Assembly: GCA_965262505.1 (NCBI GenBank)
Contig: CBDHFM010000030.1
Coordinates: 3,237,722-3,301,721, forward strand
Source: Vicinamibacterales bacterium
Lineage (GTDB): Bacteria; Acidobacteriota; Vicinamibacteria; Vicinamibacterales; UBA2999
DNA: 64,000 bases
Reading direction: 5' to 3'
This document shows, one piece after another, positions 51,767-61,056 of the stretch. Made by a program: the position numbers and the translations under genes. How positions within the stretch are numbered: the first letter of the stretch is position 1; each line of letters starts with the position of its first letter. The notes beneath the pieces are model-generated. The model was not told where the DNA came from, searched no databases, and worked only from the letters and a program-made list of their open reading frames with translations.

Positions 51767-52096
51767 CTACCAGAGCCCGAGAGCTTTCCATCGGGCGTCC
51801 AGGGCGCGGAGATCCTCCTGAGACCTGCGCACCCGGGCGCGCATCTCACGCATCTCTCGCGAGTACGCCCCGTGCTTCCAGCGGGCGCGTCGACTTCGGG
51901 CTAGGCCGGTGGCGGTGGTCGGGCCCGTGCTCTTCCCCCCGTGCAGCCGACAGCGGCGCCGGCCGCGCATGGCGGGGCACTGACACGGAGTCTTCCGGCG
52001 GGTCAGTGCGCCACAGCGGGGGGCCGCCATCCAATCGCCCGGAGGATTGCCGTGTTTCAACCAACCGCGTCGCTGTTCATGGACTTCATTGGCCAT
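51767..52096 (-). CDS. Small Cys/Arg-rich protein with an RCRLHGGKSTGP motif
   Basis: CGALTRRKTPCQCPAMRGRRRCRLHGGKSTGPTT. From memory, this HGGxSTG motif family is common on plasmids and integrated elements. ATG at 52096 has an upstream GGAG. Confidence 0.6.
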   Translation of the reverse strand: MANEVHEQRRGWLKHGNPPGDWMAAPRCGALTRRKTPCQCPAMRGRRRCRLHGGKSTGPTTATGLARSRRARWKHGAYSREMREMRARVRRSQEDLRALDARWKALGLW

Positions 52097-52436
52097 TTTT
52101 TGCTCTCCCTCCCCTCCGCGCCCCCCCCTCGATCCGACCCGCCACGACCGCCTGCCCGCCGTCGCCCACATGCACCTGCTGGTGCTGCACCACAACCCGT
52201 TGCATGCCCTTGGTCTTCAGCTTCTGCAGCGTCAGACACCCCGACTGATACGCGTCAATCAAGCGGGCCGCGGCGTTGGTCAGCCGGGCCACCTCACGGG
52301 GCGGGAGCCGCGGGGTCGCGCTCTGCTCCAGGAGGCGCATGGCGGCGAAATGGACCGCCGCCAGTTGGTGACACAGCATCTTTTCGAGCGAATTGGCGGC
52401 CTGGGCACTGGCTGCGGCGTCGACGGCGGGCTCCAA
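52086..52436 (-). CDS. Hypothetical protein, typical neighbour of the HGGxSTG protein
   Basis: LEKMLCHQLAAVHFAAMRLLEQS...ARLTNAAARLIDAYQSGCLTLQKLKTKG. Confidence 0.5.
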   Translation of the reverse strand: MEPAVDAAASAQAANSLEKMLCHQLAAVHFAAMRLLEQSATPRLPPREVARLTNAAARLIDAYQSGCLTLQKLKTKGMQRVVVQHQQVHVGDGGQAVVAGRIEGGARRGGRAKNGQ

Positions 52437-52746
52437 CGCATGTCCGCCGCCAGCGCGGCCGACATGCGTTGCCCGGAAGCCCCGACACTGATGGAGGTGG
52501 GGTGCTCGAGGGTCTCGATGAGCCAGGCGTGATCCCCGGCGTCACGCTCATCCGCCTGGTTCTCCCACGTCACGGCTTCACCCGCACGCACCGCAACCGG
52601 GTGGGCGGGTTGCAGGCTCTGGCGGGCGTGACCGCGCGCACCCAGGGCATTGGCGGCGTACACCGCGTCGTCGCCCACCTCGGTGCGCGGCATCGCGTCG
52701 GCCACGGCAGCTTCCTGGAAGGCTTGAATGCTGCTCCCCCCGGCGG

Positions 52747-53496
52747 CTAAACGGCGCTCGCCGAGACCTGCTCGTCGGCATGGCGTGAGACCGCCTCCTC
52801 TCTGGATCCCGTCGGCAGGGCCGCACCGGCCGAACCCATCGCCGCTCTCTCTTGTGACTGCTGCCGACTGTCCTCGGCATACAGGGCCACGCACAACCTG
52901 TCGGACACCCGCGTGCGATAGCGAATCAGCGTGTCCGACAATTCCACGTCGCCCAGACGGGCCGCCTCCTTCGTCGCGTAAAGCACCGCCCCCCGTGCCG
53001 TGTCCACTCGCGTTACGTGGATGAACCCATTGCGCTGTCTCCACATCGCTTCCGCCGCCGGGCCCAGGTGGTCGGGTGCTCCCACCAGCAGCACATGCGC
53101 GTGCCAGAGACCGGCCCGTCCTCGCTCGACGGCTACCAGCCAGGCGACCGGACGGCGCACGACCCAAGCGACGCGGTGGCACCAGCCCACCGCCTCTCGC
53201 ATCGCTGTCTGCCGACCCACCGGGAAGATTCGGTGAGGGTCGAACGTCAGCGTCACCATGAACTGCCAGGGGACACGCCCCAGGAACCGGCCCCATGCGT
53301 CAACGAGCCTGTCTCGGCGTAACCGACAGCTACGAGCATCTGGCTGGCCTGGTGTTGCCTCGGAGGCGCCCGTGGGGGCTCCCTCGCGTGCCGTCTTGCG
53401 TACGCCCGGCTGCCGTCTGTCTCTTCTGGGTCCGGCCCCAATACCCGCAGCCGCCAACCCCTGCTCCCTACCCATCACCGTTGTCTCTGTTCTCAT
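52747..53496 (-). CDS. HUH-superfamily rolling-circle replication initiator (Rep)
   Basis: Motif order is FMVTLTF (motif 1), LWHAHVLLVG (HUH) and AVLYATKEAARLG (catalytic Tyr) with typical spacing. Confidence 0.7.
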   Translation of the reverse strand: MRTETTVMGREQGLAAAGIGAGPRRDRRQPGVRKTAREGAPTGASEATPGQPDARSCRLRRDRLVDAWGRFLGRVPWQFMVTLTFDPHRIFPVGRQTAMREAVGWCHRVAWVVRRPVAWLVAVERGRAGLWHAHVLLVGAPDHLGPAAEAMWRQRNGFIHVTRVDTARGAVLYATKEAARLGDVELSDTLIRYRTRVSDRLCVALYAEDSRQQSQERAAMGSAGAALPTGSREEAVSRHADEQVSASAV

Positions 53497-53674
53497 GTGT
53501 CACACCTCTCCCCCATCAAGTAAGTGGTCGCCTCACGCCGCGGATCTACCGCTAAGCCCGAGGAGCGAGGATCACTGAGTCCCCACCGGCTCCTGCGCCA
53601 CGACCGTGGAGTGGGACTAGCCGGCCGCTACCGCAGCGGCCTCGACGTCCCCCCGTCTTCAGTAGCACTTCGGT

Positions 53675-54523
53675 TTAGAGTCCGGCGGTGACTGTACTGC
53701 GTTCCGCGACCAGCCGCTTGGCGTACTGGGCGGGCGTGAGCCCGCCCAGTCCCTTCTTCGGCCGCTCCTCGTTGTACTCGCGTCGCCAGGCCTCGACGAG
53801 GACCTGGGTATGGACCAGACTCGTGAACCAGTGCTCGTTGAGGCACTCGTCGCGGAACCGGCCGTTGAACGATTCGATATAGGCGTTCTGATTCGGCTTG
53901 CCCGGCTCGATCAGGCGCAACGTGACGCCGTGCGTATGGGCCCATGTCAGCATGGCGCGCCCGCAGAACTCCTTCCCGTTGTCGGTGCGCAAGATACGCG
54001 GCAGGCCGCGCTTGAGCGCGAGTTGATCGAGCACGCGGGTGACCGGCAGCCCACCGAACGCGCGGGCCGGCACGATGGCCACCGCTTCGGTGGTCGCGTC
54101 ATCGACGACGGTCAGGCACTTCACCACCCGTCCCTCGGCCGTGCGGTCGAAGACGAAGTCGGCAGACCAGACCTCGTTCGGCGCCTGGGGGCGTACCAGG
54201 GGCTGGCGGTCCGCCACCGGGATCTTCTTGCGTCGCCGCCGACGTACCTGCAGCCTAGCCTCGGTATACAGGCGCTCCACCCGCTTGTGGTTGACCCGTG
54301 TTCCCGCCTGCCGCAGCTTGAGGTAGATCATCCCGGCACCGTAGCGACGGTGCCGGTGCGCTAAGGTCACGATGCGGGCTCGCAACGCCGCGTTAGTATC
54401 CGGCGCCGGGGTGTATCGCAGCGACGAGGCACTCATGTGCACCAGCGCGAGCGCGCGCCGCTCGCTCACCCCCTGCGCGGTCATATCCCGCACCAGCACC
54501 CGTCGGGCTGGGGCGGTCACCAC
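53675..54523 (-). CDS. IS3-A OrfB (DDE/rve)
   Basis: [30 protein letters not shown] and [17 protein letters not shown]. Confidence 0.92.
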   Translation of the reverse strand: MVTAPARRVLVRDMTAQGVSERRALALVHMSASSLRYTPAPDTNAALRARIVTLAHRHRRYGAGMIYLKLRQAGTRVNHKRVERLYTEARLQVRRRRRKKIPVADRQPLVRPQAPNEVWSADFVFDRTAEGRVVKCLTVVDDATTEAVAIVPARAFGGLPVTRVLDQLALKRGLPRILRTDNGKEFCGRAMLTWAHTHGVTLRLIEPGKPNQNAYIESFNGRFRDECLNEHWFTSLVHTQVLVEAWRREYNEERPKKGLGGLTPAQYAKRLVAERSTVTAGL

Positions 54524-54780
54524 TTTTTTCGCAACGCATCGCGCGTCACCTCGTTGTCCAGCACGGACTCGGCCAGCAGCTTCTTCAGCCGCGTATTCTC
54601 GGCAATCAGCTCCTTCAGGCGTTTCGCGTCCGAGACGGTCATCCCGCCGAACTTATTCCGCCAGAGGTAGTAACTGGCCTCCGAGAACCCGTGCCGGCGG
54701 CACAGGTCCTTCACCGGCAGGCCCGCTTCGGACTCCCGCAGGAACCCGATGATCTGCGCCTCGCTGAATCGTTGCTTCAC
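54517..54780 (-). CDS. IS3-A OrfA (HTH)
   Basis: [44 protein letters not shown]. The slippery motif A AAA AAG lies at 54524-54530 on the minus strand. Confidence 0.92.
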   Translation of the reverse strand: MKQRFSEAQIIGFLRESEAGLPVKDLCRRHGFSEASYYLWRNKFGGMTVSDAKRLKELIAENTRLKKLLAESVLDNEVTRDALRKKW

Positions 54781-54934
54781 GTCCGATCTCCCTTCTCGTG
54801 AGCTCGGACTCTAAACCCGGGTGCTACTCAATTCGGGGGGGACGTCGGCCTAGCTAGCCGTCTCCACTATTTCTCCAAGACGGAGGTTGACTCGCGGTGA
54901 TTCGAGTTGTGTTGAGTAGAACGAATGGGGCAGC

Positions 54935-55034
54935 GTAAAGGGACTGGAACCAACCACTTAGGACCAGAAGTCGCGTGCCTTCACCGACTTAGAAGAAACC
55001 GCTTGATAGGGTTCGACTCCCGACGCCTCCACCA
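54935..55034 (+). other. tRNA-Ala/tmRNA-type 3' terminus (T-loop + acceptor 3' strand + CCA) with no tRNA body upstream
   Basis: ...gataGGGTTCGACTCCCgaCGCCTCCACCA. The CTCCACCA end implies a G3:U70 alanine-type acceptor. Upstream gcgtaaagggactgg is reminiscent of tmRNA PK4. No 5' acceptor strand lies upstream. Confidence 0.4.
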
Positions 55035-55392
55035 CTAATCTAAGTGTCTTCAATTACTTAGCTTTCGGTTCCCGCCGCCGCTGCTGCCGCCAACAGTGCG
55101 CACGGGATAACGCGCTTGCCGATCTGGCTACCACCCTGGCCACCGGGGTCGTGGTCCTCGTGCGGGGGCGACGAAGGCCGACATGCTCCTGCGCTATTTG
55201 GTCACATGCGACACCAGTGTTTCGAATCCGCCTCTATAATCAAGCTCGCGGCTGTGGACGACGGGGCGGCCGCGAAGCCCCAGTACCGTTTCAGCGTGGA
55301 GCGCGCTGCCTCGGCCCGCATAACATCGTCGCCGGTACGAGCGAAGGCAAGCGTGGCGTCGTCACCAACAACAGTGAGGGAGACCTCTGTTC

Positions 55393-56361
55393 ATGCGTAA
55401 CGCTTTTGTCGCGATTGTCGCCATCTCCGTGATGTGCGCGGGATGTGCCGCGGATCCGCAACCGGCCGCAGCCGACCCTGAGGCTGATGCGGCAGCCTCG
55501 ATGGCCGAGTTGCTCCCGGGGATGATCGTCGCTGAACGGGGCGGCTTCATACCGGAAGGCGTGGAATACGACACCGAGAACCGGCGTCTCCTGACCGGGT
55601 CGCTCTCTGAAGGCTCGATCTTTCAGATTCACGCCGACGGGCAACTGACAACGGTCGTGACCGATGCGGAGTTGGTCTCGTCCGTCGGCATCGAGGCTGA
55701 CGAGCCCAGGGGACGATTACTGGTGGCCAATGCGGATGTGTCGGTGTTCCAGGGCGATGGCACCGGTCAAGCGAAATTGGGCGTGTACGACCTTGCCACC
55801 GGCGAACGCATCGCGATGGTGGACCTTGCGGCCGCCGTGACCGACGCGCCTGCTGACGCGGTGTACTTCGCCAATGATGTCGCCGTCGGGGCTGACGGCA
55901 CGGCCTATGTCACCGATACCCGTATGAGCGTGATCTATCAGGTCGACATGGACTACAACGCGTCAGTGCTGTATCGATTCGAGCCCACGGAGGATCTTGG
56001 ACTCAACGGGATCGTGTACCACCAGTCCGGCTATCTGCTCGTCGCGGGCGGCACCACGTTGTGGAAAGTGCCCGTCGCCGACGCCAGCGGGGCGACCCAA
56101 GTGACGCTTCCGGAAGCGATGGCGGGGCAGGACGGGATGGTCTGGACCGCTGAGGGGCTCCTGGCCATCGTCAGCAACTCGGAGAGCCGCGTCGTCGCGT
56201 TGACCAGCGTCGACGAATGGGCGACGGCGGAACTCGCCGGAGTCGCGACGTATGAGGGGCAGGCGACCACGGCCGCCACTGTGGACGGGGACATCTACGT
56301 GGTGCATCCACATTTTGCGGACGAAGACCCGCCGAGTGTCGAGCGAGTCACGCTCCAGTAG
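55393..56361 (+). CDS. Lipoprotein, SMP-30/gluconolactonase/LRE-like beta-propeller suspected
   Basis: Lipobox VMCAGC. Repeated ...PEGVEYD..., ...ANDVAVGADGTAYVTD... and ...LNGIVYH... blades. Confidence 0.7.
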   Translation: MRNAFVAIVAISVMCAGCAADPQPAAADPEADAAASMAELLPGMIVAERGGFIPEGVEYDTENRRLLTGSLSEGSIFQIHADGQLTTVVTDAELVSSVGIEADEPRGRLLVANADVSVFQGDGTGQAKLGVYDLATGERIAMVDLAAAVTDAPADAVYFANDVAVGADGTAYVTDTRMSVIYQVDMDYNASVLYRFEPTEDLGLNGIVYHQSGYLLVAGGTTLWKVPVADASGATQVTLPEAMAGQDGMVWTAEGLLAIVSNSESRVVALTSVDEWATAELAGVATYEGQATTAATVDGDIYVVHPHFADEDPPSVERVTLQ

Positions 56362-56703
56362 AGTGAGTACGACGACCAGGGCCATGCTGCCAGGCAGTGC
56401 GAATAGTACATGCGCGTTGCGAAACGGCATATCCACGTGTGGTGAGACGATCCGGGCACCTCGCCTCTGCTGAGGCCGGGGACGAGTTCGTGGCCGGCAA
56501 CGTGATCCGGCTCTCGCCAGCGTGCTCGAAGACGGTGGTGAGCGCGGATCCTCTCCATCTCACCACCTCGTGCCGAGGCCCTGGCGCGACGGTGGACGCG
56601 TCGCGACCTTGCGAGCCTGCTGGTCTTCCACCACGACGACATCCCGATCCGACGCGGGCGCACGACGTGGCGGAAGCTTAGCTCGGCGTCCATTGACGGG
56701 CGG

Positions 56704-56949
56704 CTATGCCTCGGACTTCGTTTTCAACTCCGCGTCATGTTCCGTTAGAAACGCTCGAATTTCATCGGTCATGGCCAGCAACGTGATCCACTGCTCCTTA
56801 TAGAGCGTGACGGGAAAGCGACCGAGGCCATACACCGACACGCCCCCCTTCTCACTAACCTTGAGACTGACGGTGCGACCCCGGTCGCGCTTCAGGCGCG
56901 CATTTTCTGCTTGGAGTCGCTTGAGTTCTGCTTGCAGATTGTCGTCCAC
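56704..56949 (-). CDS. Small hypothetical protein (coiled-coil N-terminus)
   Basis: 81 aa: LQAELKRLQAENARLKRD...VSLKVSEKGGVSVYGLGRFPVTLYKEQW. Lower GC, clean ORF. Confidence 0.6.
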   Translation of the reverse strand: MDDNLQAELKRLQAENARLKRDRGRTVSLKVSEKGGVSVYGLGRFPVTLYKEQWITLLAMTDEIRAFLTEHDAELKTKSEA

Positions 56950-57262
56950 TCTGGGGCTCCTCTATTCGAGTCATCGTACGCGGTGTCACGCCTGGACGTT
57001 TGACACGATTGTATCCGTGACGGGCCCTGAACCGGCCCGAACCGTGGATCGGACGTCTTGATACATGGGGCTCGCGAATGGCTAAAGCGCTTTTCATGAC
57101 CGTGTGGCGGCCGCGTACCAGCAGTGCCGAAAATAGTTGCGGCATTCGTCAGGGCTGAAGTGCGCCAAGCACTCGCCGAGGAACGGCCAGAGCGTCTCGG
57201 TGCTGCGACTCCCGCGCCCCACGATTTCTTTGGACAGCCTTCTGCGAGAAGGAGAATGAGTT

Positions 57263-57820
57263 ATGTCCAAGGGAAAACAGCACGAGGCTGAGGCCTCGGA
57301 GGGAGCCCGGAGGGCGACCGCAGAGGCCTCAGCCTCGTGGGCGCTCGTCGGCACGGGGCGGTGGTCCGCGCGACGAAAAGTCTCCGTGGTCATCGAGGTC
57401 CTCAAGGGGGAATCACTCGAGAGCCTCAGTCGTCGCCATGGCGTGACGGCGGCGAAGCTCTCGCAGTGGCGTGACGACTTCGTGGCCGGCGGTGAGGCCC
57501 GCCTCAAGCATCGCGAGGTCGCCGTCGAGGGCGCGGACACGCGGCGGCTCAAGCGCGTCGTGGCGGATCTCGCCACCGACAAGGCGTTGCTGGCCGAGAA
57601 GATTCGACACCTGGAGGCCGGCCGCCCTTTGGGCTGGTGGAGGTCGAAGCGATGCGTCACGAGACTTCGCTCTCCACCCACCGGCCGTACGGCATCGCCC
57701 GCGTCACGCGCGTGTGGCAGGTGCCGCGCTCGACGGTCTACGCGCAACGGACCCGGCGCGCCCGGCCGACGCCGGTGGCCAAGCGCGGACCCAAGCCGCC
57801 CCAGTCGGATGCGGCGCTGA
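57263..57820 (+). CDS. IS 'D' OrfA (HTH / coiled coil)
   Basis: RRKVSVVIEVLKGESLESLSRRHGVTAAKLSQWRDDFVAGGEARLK... Confidence 0.7.
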   Translation: MSKGKQHEAEASEGARRATAEASASWALVGTGRWSARRKVSVVIEVLKGESLESLSRRHGVTAAKLSQWRDDFVAGGEARLKHREVAVEGADTRRLKRVVADLATDKALLAEKIRHLEAGRPLGWWRSKRCVTRLRSPPTGRTASPASRACGRCRARRSTRNGPGAPGRRRWPSADPSRPSRMRR

Positions 57821-58542
57821 CGGCCGCGGTCCGGGCCGTGATCGCCGCGAGTCCGTTCCACGGCGAAGGGCACCGCAAGATCTGGGCGCGCTTGCGGGTG
57901 CAGGGGCTGCGCACGTCGAAACGTCGGACGTTGGTCGTGATGCGCGCTGCCGACTTGCTCGGCCCTGCGCGGCTGCCCACGCCGGTCGCCGCCCGTCCCC
58001 ACGACGGCACCATCGTCACCGCCAGTCCCAACGTGATGTGGGGCACCGATGCGACGGCCACCGTGACGCTGGCGGACGGCCACGTCACGATCGTCGGGGC
58101 GATCGATCACTGCACGGCCGAATGTGTGGGACTACACGCGGCGAAGTCCGGCACGCGCTTCGAGGCGTTGGAGCCGGTGCGCCAGGGCGTCCGAGATCAC
58201 TTCGGGACGATGGCCGCCGGCGTGGCGAGCGGGCTCACGATGCGCCACGACCACGGCAGTCAGTACATGAGCAACGACTTTCACGCCGAGCTCCGGTTCC
58301 TCGGCATCGTGTCATCACCGGCCTTCGTCCGCCAGCTCGAGGGGAACGGCTGCATCGAACGGTTCTTCCGCACCCTCAAGGAACAGCTGCTGTGGGTGCG
58401 CCACTTTACGGATGTCGAGGACTTGCAGCAGGCGCTGCGCACCTTCAAGGAGACCTATAACCAGCAGTGGTTGATCGAGCGACTCGGCTTCCGCGCACCC
58501 GCCGTCGTCCGTCGCGCGGTTGCGCTCACCACGGCCGCGTGA
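57637..58542 (+). CDS. IS 'D' OrfB (rve/DDE)
   Basis: VMWGTDAT..., IDHCTAECVG, RHDHGSQYMS and EGNGCIERFFRTLKEQ. Confidence 0.8.
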   Translation: MEVEAMRHETSLSTHRPYGIARVTRVWQVPRSTVYAQRTRRARPTPVAKRGPKPPQSDAALTAAVRAVIAASPFHGEGHRKIWARLRVQGLRTSKRRTLVVMRAADLLGPARLPTPVAARPHDGTIVTASPNVMWGTDATATVTLADGHVTIVGAIDHCTAECVGLHAAKSGTRFEALEPVRQGVRDHFGTMAAGVASGLTMRHDHGSQYMSNDFHAELRFLGIVSSPAFVRQLEGNGCIERFFRTLKEQLLWVRHFTDVEDLQQALRTFKETYNQQWLIERLGFRAPAVVRRAVALTTAA

Positions 58543-58596
58543 ATACACTCACCCGGCTGTCCAAGAAATCCGTGGCGGTACATCTCGGTGCTGCGA

Positions 58597-58997
58597 CAGC
58601 GAGCGGTGCGAACGAGGGCCTTGAGCTTCGCGAAGCAGAGCTCGATGGGATTGAGGTCCTGGCTGTAGGGTGGCAAGTACCAGAGGGTGGCCCCGGCGGC
58701 CTGGATGGCGCGTTGGATGCCGGCGACCTTGTGGGCCCCGAGATTGTCGGCAATGACGATGTCGCCGGGCTGCAGGGTCGGCACCAGGATCTGTTCGATG
58801 TAGGCGCGGAAGCTCTCGCCATCGATCGCGCCGTCGAAGACCCCCGGTGCGGTCAGCCCCGTGACCCGCAACGCGGCGAGAAACGTGCTGGTCTGCCAGC
58901 GCCCGCAGGGGGCGTGGTCGTGGACGCGCGCGCCGCGCGGTGCCCGGCCGTACCGCCGAAGCAGATTGGTGGTGATGCCGGTTTCGTCCAGAAACAC
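58597..58997 (-). pseudogene. IS630 copy 2 transposase DDE part, interrupted by IS 'D' (its tail is at 57094-57208)
   Basis: MFLDETG...PPYSQDLNPIE...ARCRSTE | insert | TLWPFLGECLAHFSPDECRNYF. Confidence 0.85.
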
Positions 58998-59058
58998 GAG
59001 GTGGGCGACATCCCAGGTCGGCGCCGCCGCGTGCCACGCGACCCGCGCGGCCGCGACG

Positions 59059-59421
59059 TCAGGCCGATCGTGTTCGGACGGGCGGACCGTGTTTTTTAAC
59101 GGTCAGGCCGAGGGCCCGCACGGCGCGCCAGACCGTCGGCACACTCGCGGGCGTGGCGAGGGCGTCCTTCAGCTCAGCCAGCGTGCGATCCGGGTGCGCC
59201 GCAATCAGCGCGGCCAAGGTGTGTAGGTGCGGCTCAAGCATGCCGCGCCGTCCATGTCGCTGGACGCGAGGCGCCACCTCGCCCGTGTCGCGCCGCCGCT
59301 GTTTCAGTAGCCGCACCCACGACCCGCTCACGCGGTACTTCGCCGCCACCTCGGCCGCCTTCATCCCGGCATCGCTGTCGAGGAGCGCCCGCTCTCGCAG
59401 ATCCATCGAATAGGCACGCAT
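59059..59421 (-). CDS. IS630 copy 2 transposase N-terminal (HTH) frame
   Basis: 120 aa, identical to the copy-1 frame (MRAYSMDLRERAL...). Confidence 0.85.
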   Translation of the reverse strand: MRAYSMDLRERALLDSDAGMKAAEVAAKYRVSGSWVRLLKQRRRDTGEVAPRVQRHGRRGMLEPHLHTLAALIAAHPDRTLAELKDALATPASVPTVWRAVRALGLTVKKHGPPVRTRSA

Positions 59422-59498
59422 CGGGCCTCCTGCATCGGTGCGCGCAGAAGTACCGCGACCGCCCCAGGTAGTACAAGGCCTATTTGAAAAGCGCTTTA

Positions 59499-59830
59499 GT
59501 GTTTATCGAGCAAATACCGCGTAGCGGTGGCCACCTTGGTGGGTGGAACCACGATGGTCGTACCCCGCGCACCCGCAGCCTCGTAGATCGCGATCGTGTC
59601 GTAGGCGGGGTGCGCCGTAACACTCGCGACATCGCCGCCGATTGCCTCAATCAGCGCGATGCCCGCCGTCGCGTCATCGACATGCCCGTCGGCCAGGACG
59701 TCGGCACCGATCACACCGGATCCGTCAACGCCAAAATGGAGCTGCTTCCAGCCGCGCGTACTGCGGCCTCTACGTTTTGGGGCCGTCCGTTCACTCTCAC
59801 CCACAAGAGAGGCATGTACTGTCAACGATG
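59499..59830 (-). pseudogene. IS5-family (IS903-group-like) transposase internal fragment
   Basis: ...RGWKQLHFGVDGSGVIGADVLADGHVDDATAGIALIEAIGGDVASVTAHPAYDTIAIYEAAGARGTTIVVPP. It lacks both ends and abuts the IS630 TA site. Confidence 0.5.
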
Positions 59831-59979
59831 CGATGCAGGCCGTCGCCTGGCGTGGCGACCCCGGAAATCCCGGCTGACAGGACTTCCGGTGGCCCTCAAC
59901 GGGTCCAGTGCTTGGACGGGCGCGTCGCCGTCCAGCGCGTGGCGCGCCGCGATCTGGGCGTGCCGCCGCCGGGTGCGTA

Positions 59980-60289
59980 GTATCTCCAGTGTGACGGCCA
60001 GGGGCAAGCGAGCCTGGGTGGCGTCCAGCCCTGGGCCATCCGCTCCACCTCGTCGTGCCAGCGCGCCCTGCCGGCGGCCCAGCTCCGACCGGAAGCACGG
60101 GAAGCACAGCGTGGTCCGGCGCTCGGCCAGCCACCCCGTGCGAAAGCCGTAGTGGGCCTCGCGCATCCGGCACTGCTCGCACAGGCCGGCCGTGCGGGCC
60201 TGCCGCTCCGCTGCTTCGCGGGACATCACGTCCGGGCCGATCTCGTACAACCTGAACTGGCCCGCCTGCTGCGCTGCTGATACCGCCAT
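59980..60289 (-). CDS. Hypothetical CxxC...CxxC (zinc-ribbon-like) protein; 3' extent uncertain
   Basis: MAVSAAQQAGQFRLYEIGPDVMSREAAERQARTAGLCEQCRMREAHYGFRTGWLAERRTTLCFPCFRSELGRR. Confidence 0.4.
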
Positions 60290-60659
60290 CGAGTTCTCCC
60301 TTCACTGCTTCGGTCGTCACTGTGGGCCGGTCCCGTGTTCGCGCGCGACCTCGGTCAAGACGTCGTCGCCCAGCCGCCGGAGCCACCGGTCGCTGGCTGA
60401 AACCGGGTTGGCGGGCCTGCCCGGCGCGGCTGGCCATTCAGCACGAGCGTGAAACCGTCCGCTCGCCGCGCCAACGGCCGTGGCGCCACCAGCACGCCCG
60501 TGGTGTCGCGTCCCTCGACCGTACGCTGCACGCAACGGATGTTTCGTCATATATTCGCCTTCCGAAGCATAGCGAATGTATAGCGAATATTCAAGCGCAC
60601 GTATCGCGCCCTGGTACCTGTTACCGGAGGAGGGGTCGTCGCGCCAGGAATCGGGTTAC

Positions 60660-61056
60660 CCATGAAAGGACGGCCGTCAAGATCTACAGCCTGCTGTGCG
60701 ACGACTGCGTCATTTACGACGGCCGCGTGGGCGCAGCACTCGGTTTATTGACGCGGCAGTTCTGCGAGGCGACGGGCCACACGGAAGGACCCTCCGCGCT
60801 GGAGTTCGCCTTCGGCACGCCGAAGGAGGCACGGAACACAAAACACACCAAGGTGCGCGACCCGAGTCACGGCCGCCTGCGGTTTCCGAGGCTGGGACCG
60901 GATGCTCGATTTCACACCGTTCAGGCGAGGCGGGCAAATTGGTTTATTGGCCGCGCGCTGAATCGCAATCCGAACGCCTTCAGCGCTGGCGAAGAAGGAT
61001 TCCATGAGCTTGCGGCCGGGTTATTCCTGGTCGGCTACGACCTACGGGACGCGTGA
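60660..61056 (+). pseudogene. Hypothetical protein, probably a C-terminal fragment with no convincing start
   Basis: KIYSLLCDDCVIYDGRVGAALGLLTRQFC...FHELAAGLFLVGYDL. No ATG in frame nearby. Confidence 0.3.

Larger units (their letters stand above)
53643..54847 (-). mobile_element. IS3-family element 'A', copy 2 (intact)
   Basis: 1.2 kb with terminal inverted repeat cgacgtcccccc.../...gggggggacgtcg and target duplication GCCT (4 bp, possibly 5). Confidence 0.92.
57209..58583 (+). mobile_element. IS3-like two-ORF element 'D' nested in IS630 copy 2
   Basis: It interrupts the IS630 transposase at ...CRSTE. It is flanked by a 13-bp direct duplication CTCGGTGCTGCGA (57196-57208 and 58584-58596). 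Subterminal inverted repeats are cacgatttctttggacagcc / ggctgtccaagaaatccgtgg. Confidence 0.8.
57085..59496 (-). mobile_element. IS630-family element, copy 2 (inverted relative to copy 1), carrying a nested IS
   Basis: Same ends as copy 1, with TA duplication at 57083-57084 and 59497-59498. The interior is collinear with 38175-39198 except for a 1.37-kb insert. Confidence 0.9.

Noticed and set aside
53497-55034. A complete one-piece tmRNA gene split by the IS3 copy
   Set aside because: After mentally removing the IS and its duplication, the 150-200 nt upstream contain no GGGGGCG acceptor strand or GG..TTCGAC D-like element. That sequence is the region just upstream of the rep start.
55116-55432. 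93-94-aa ORFs upstream of the lipoprotein gene
   Set aside because: They overlap each other, have no start context or motif, and lie in the tRNA/tmRNA-like debris region.
60551-60590. Inverted repeat atattcgc...gcgaatat with a direct repeat agcgaat as an operator
   Set aside because: The flanking ORFs are themselves doubtful, the repeat is short, and nothing anchors it to a promoter.
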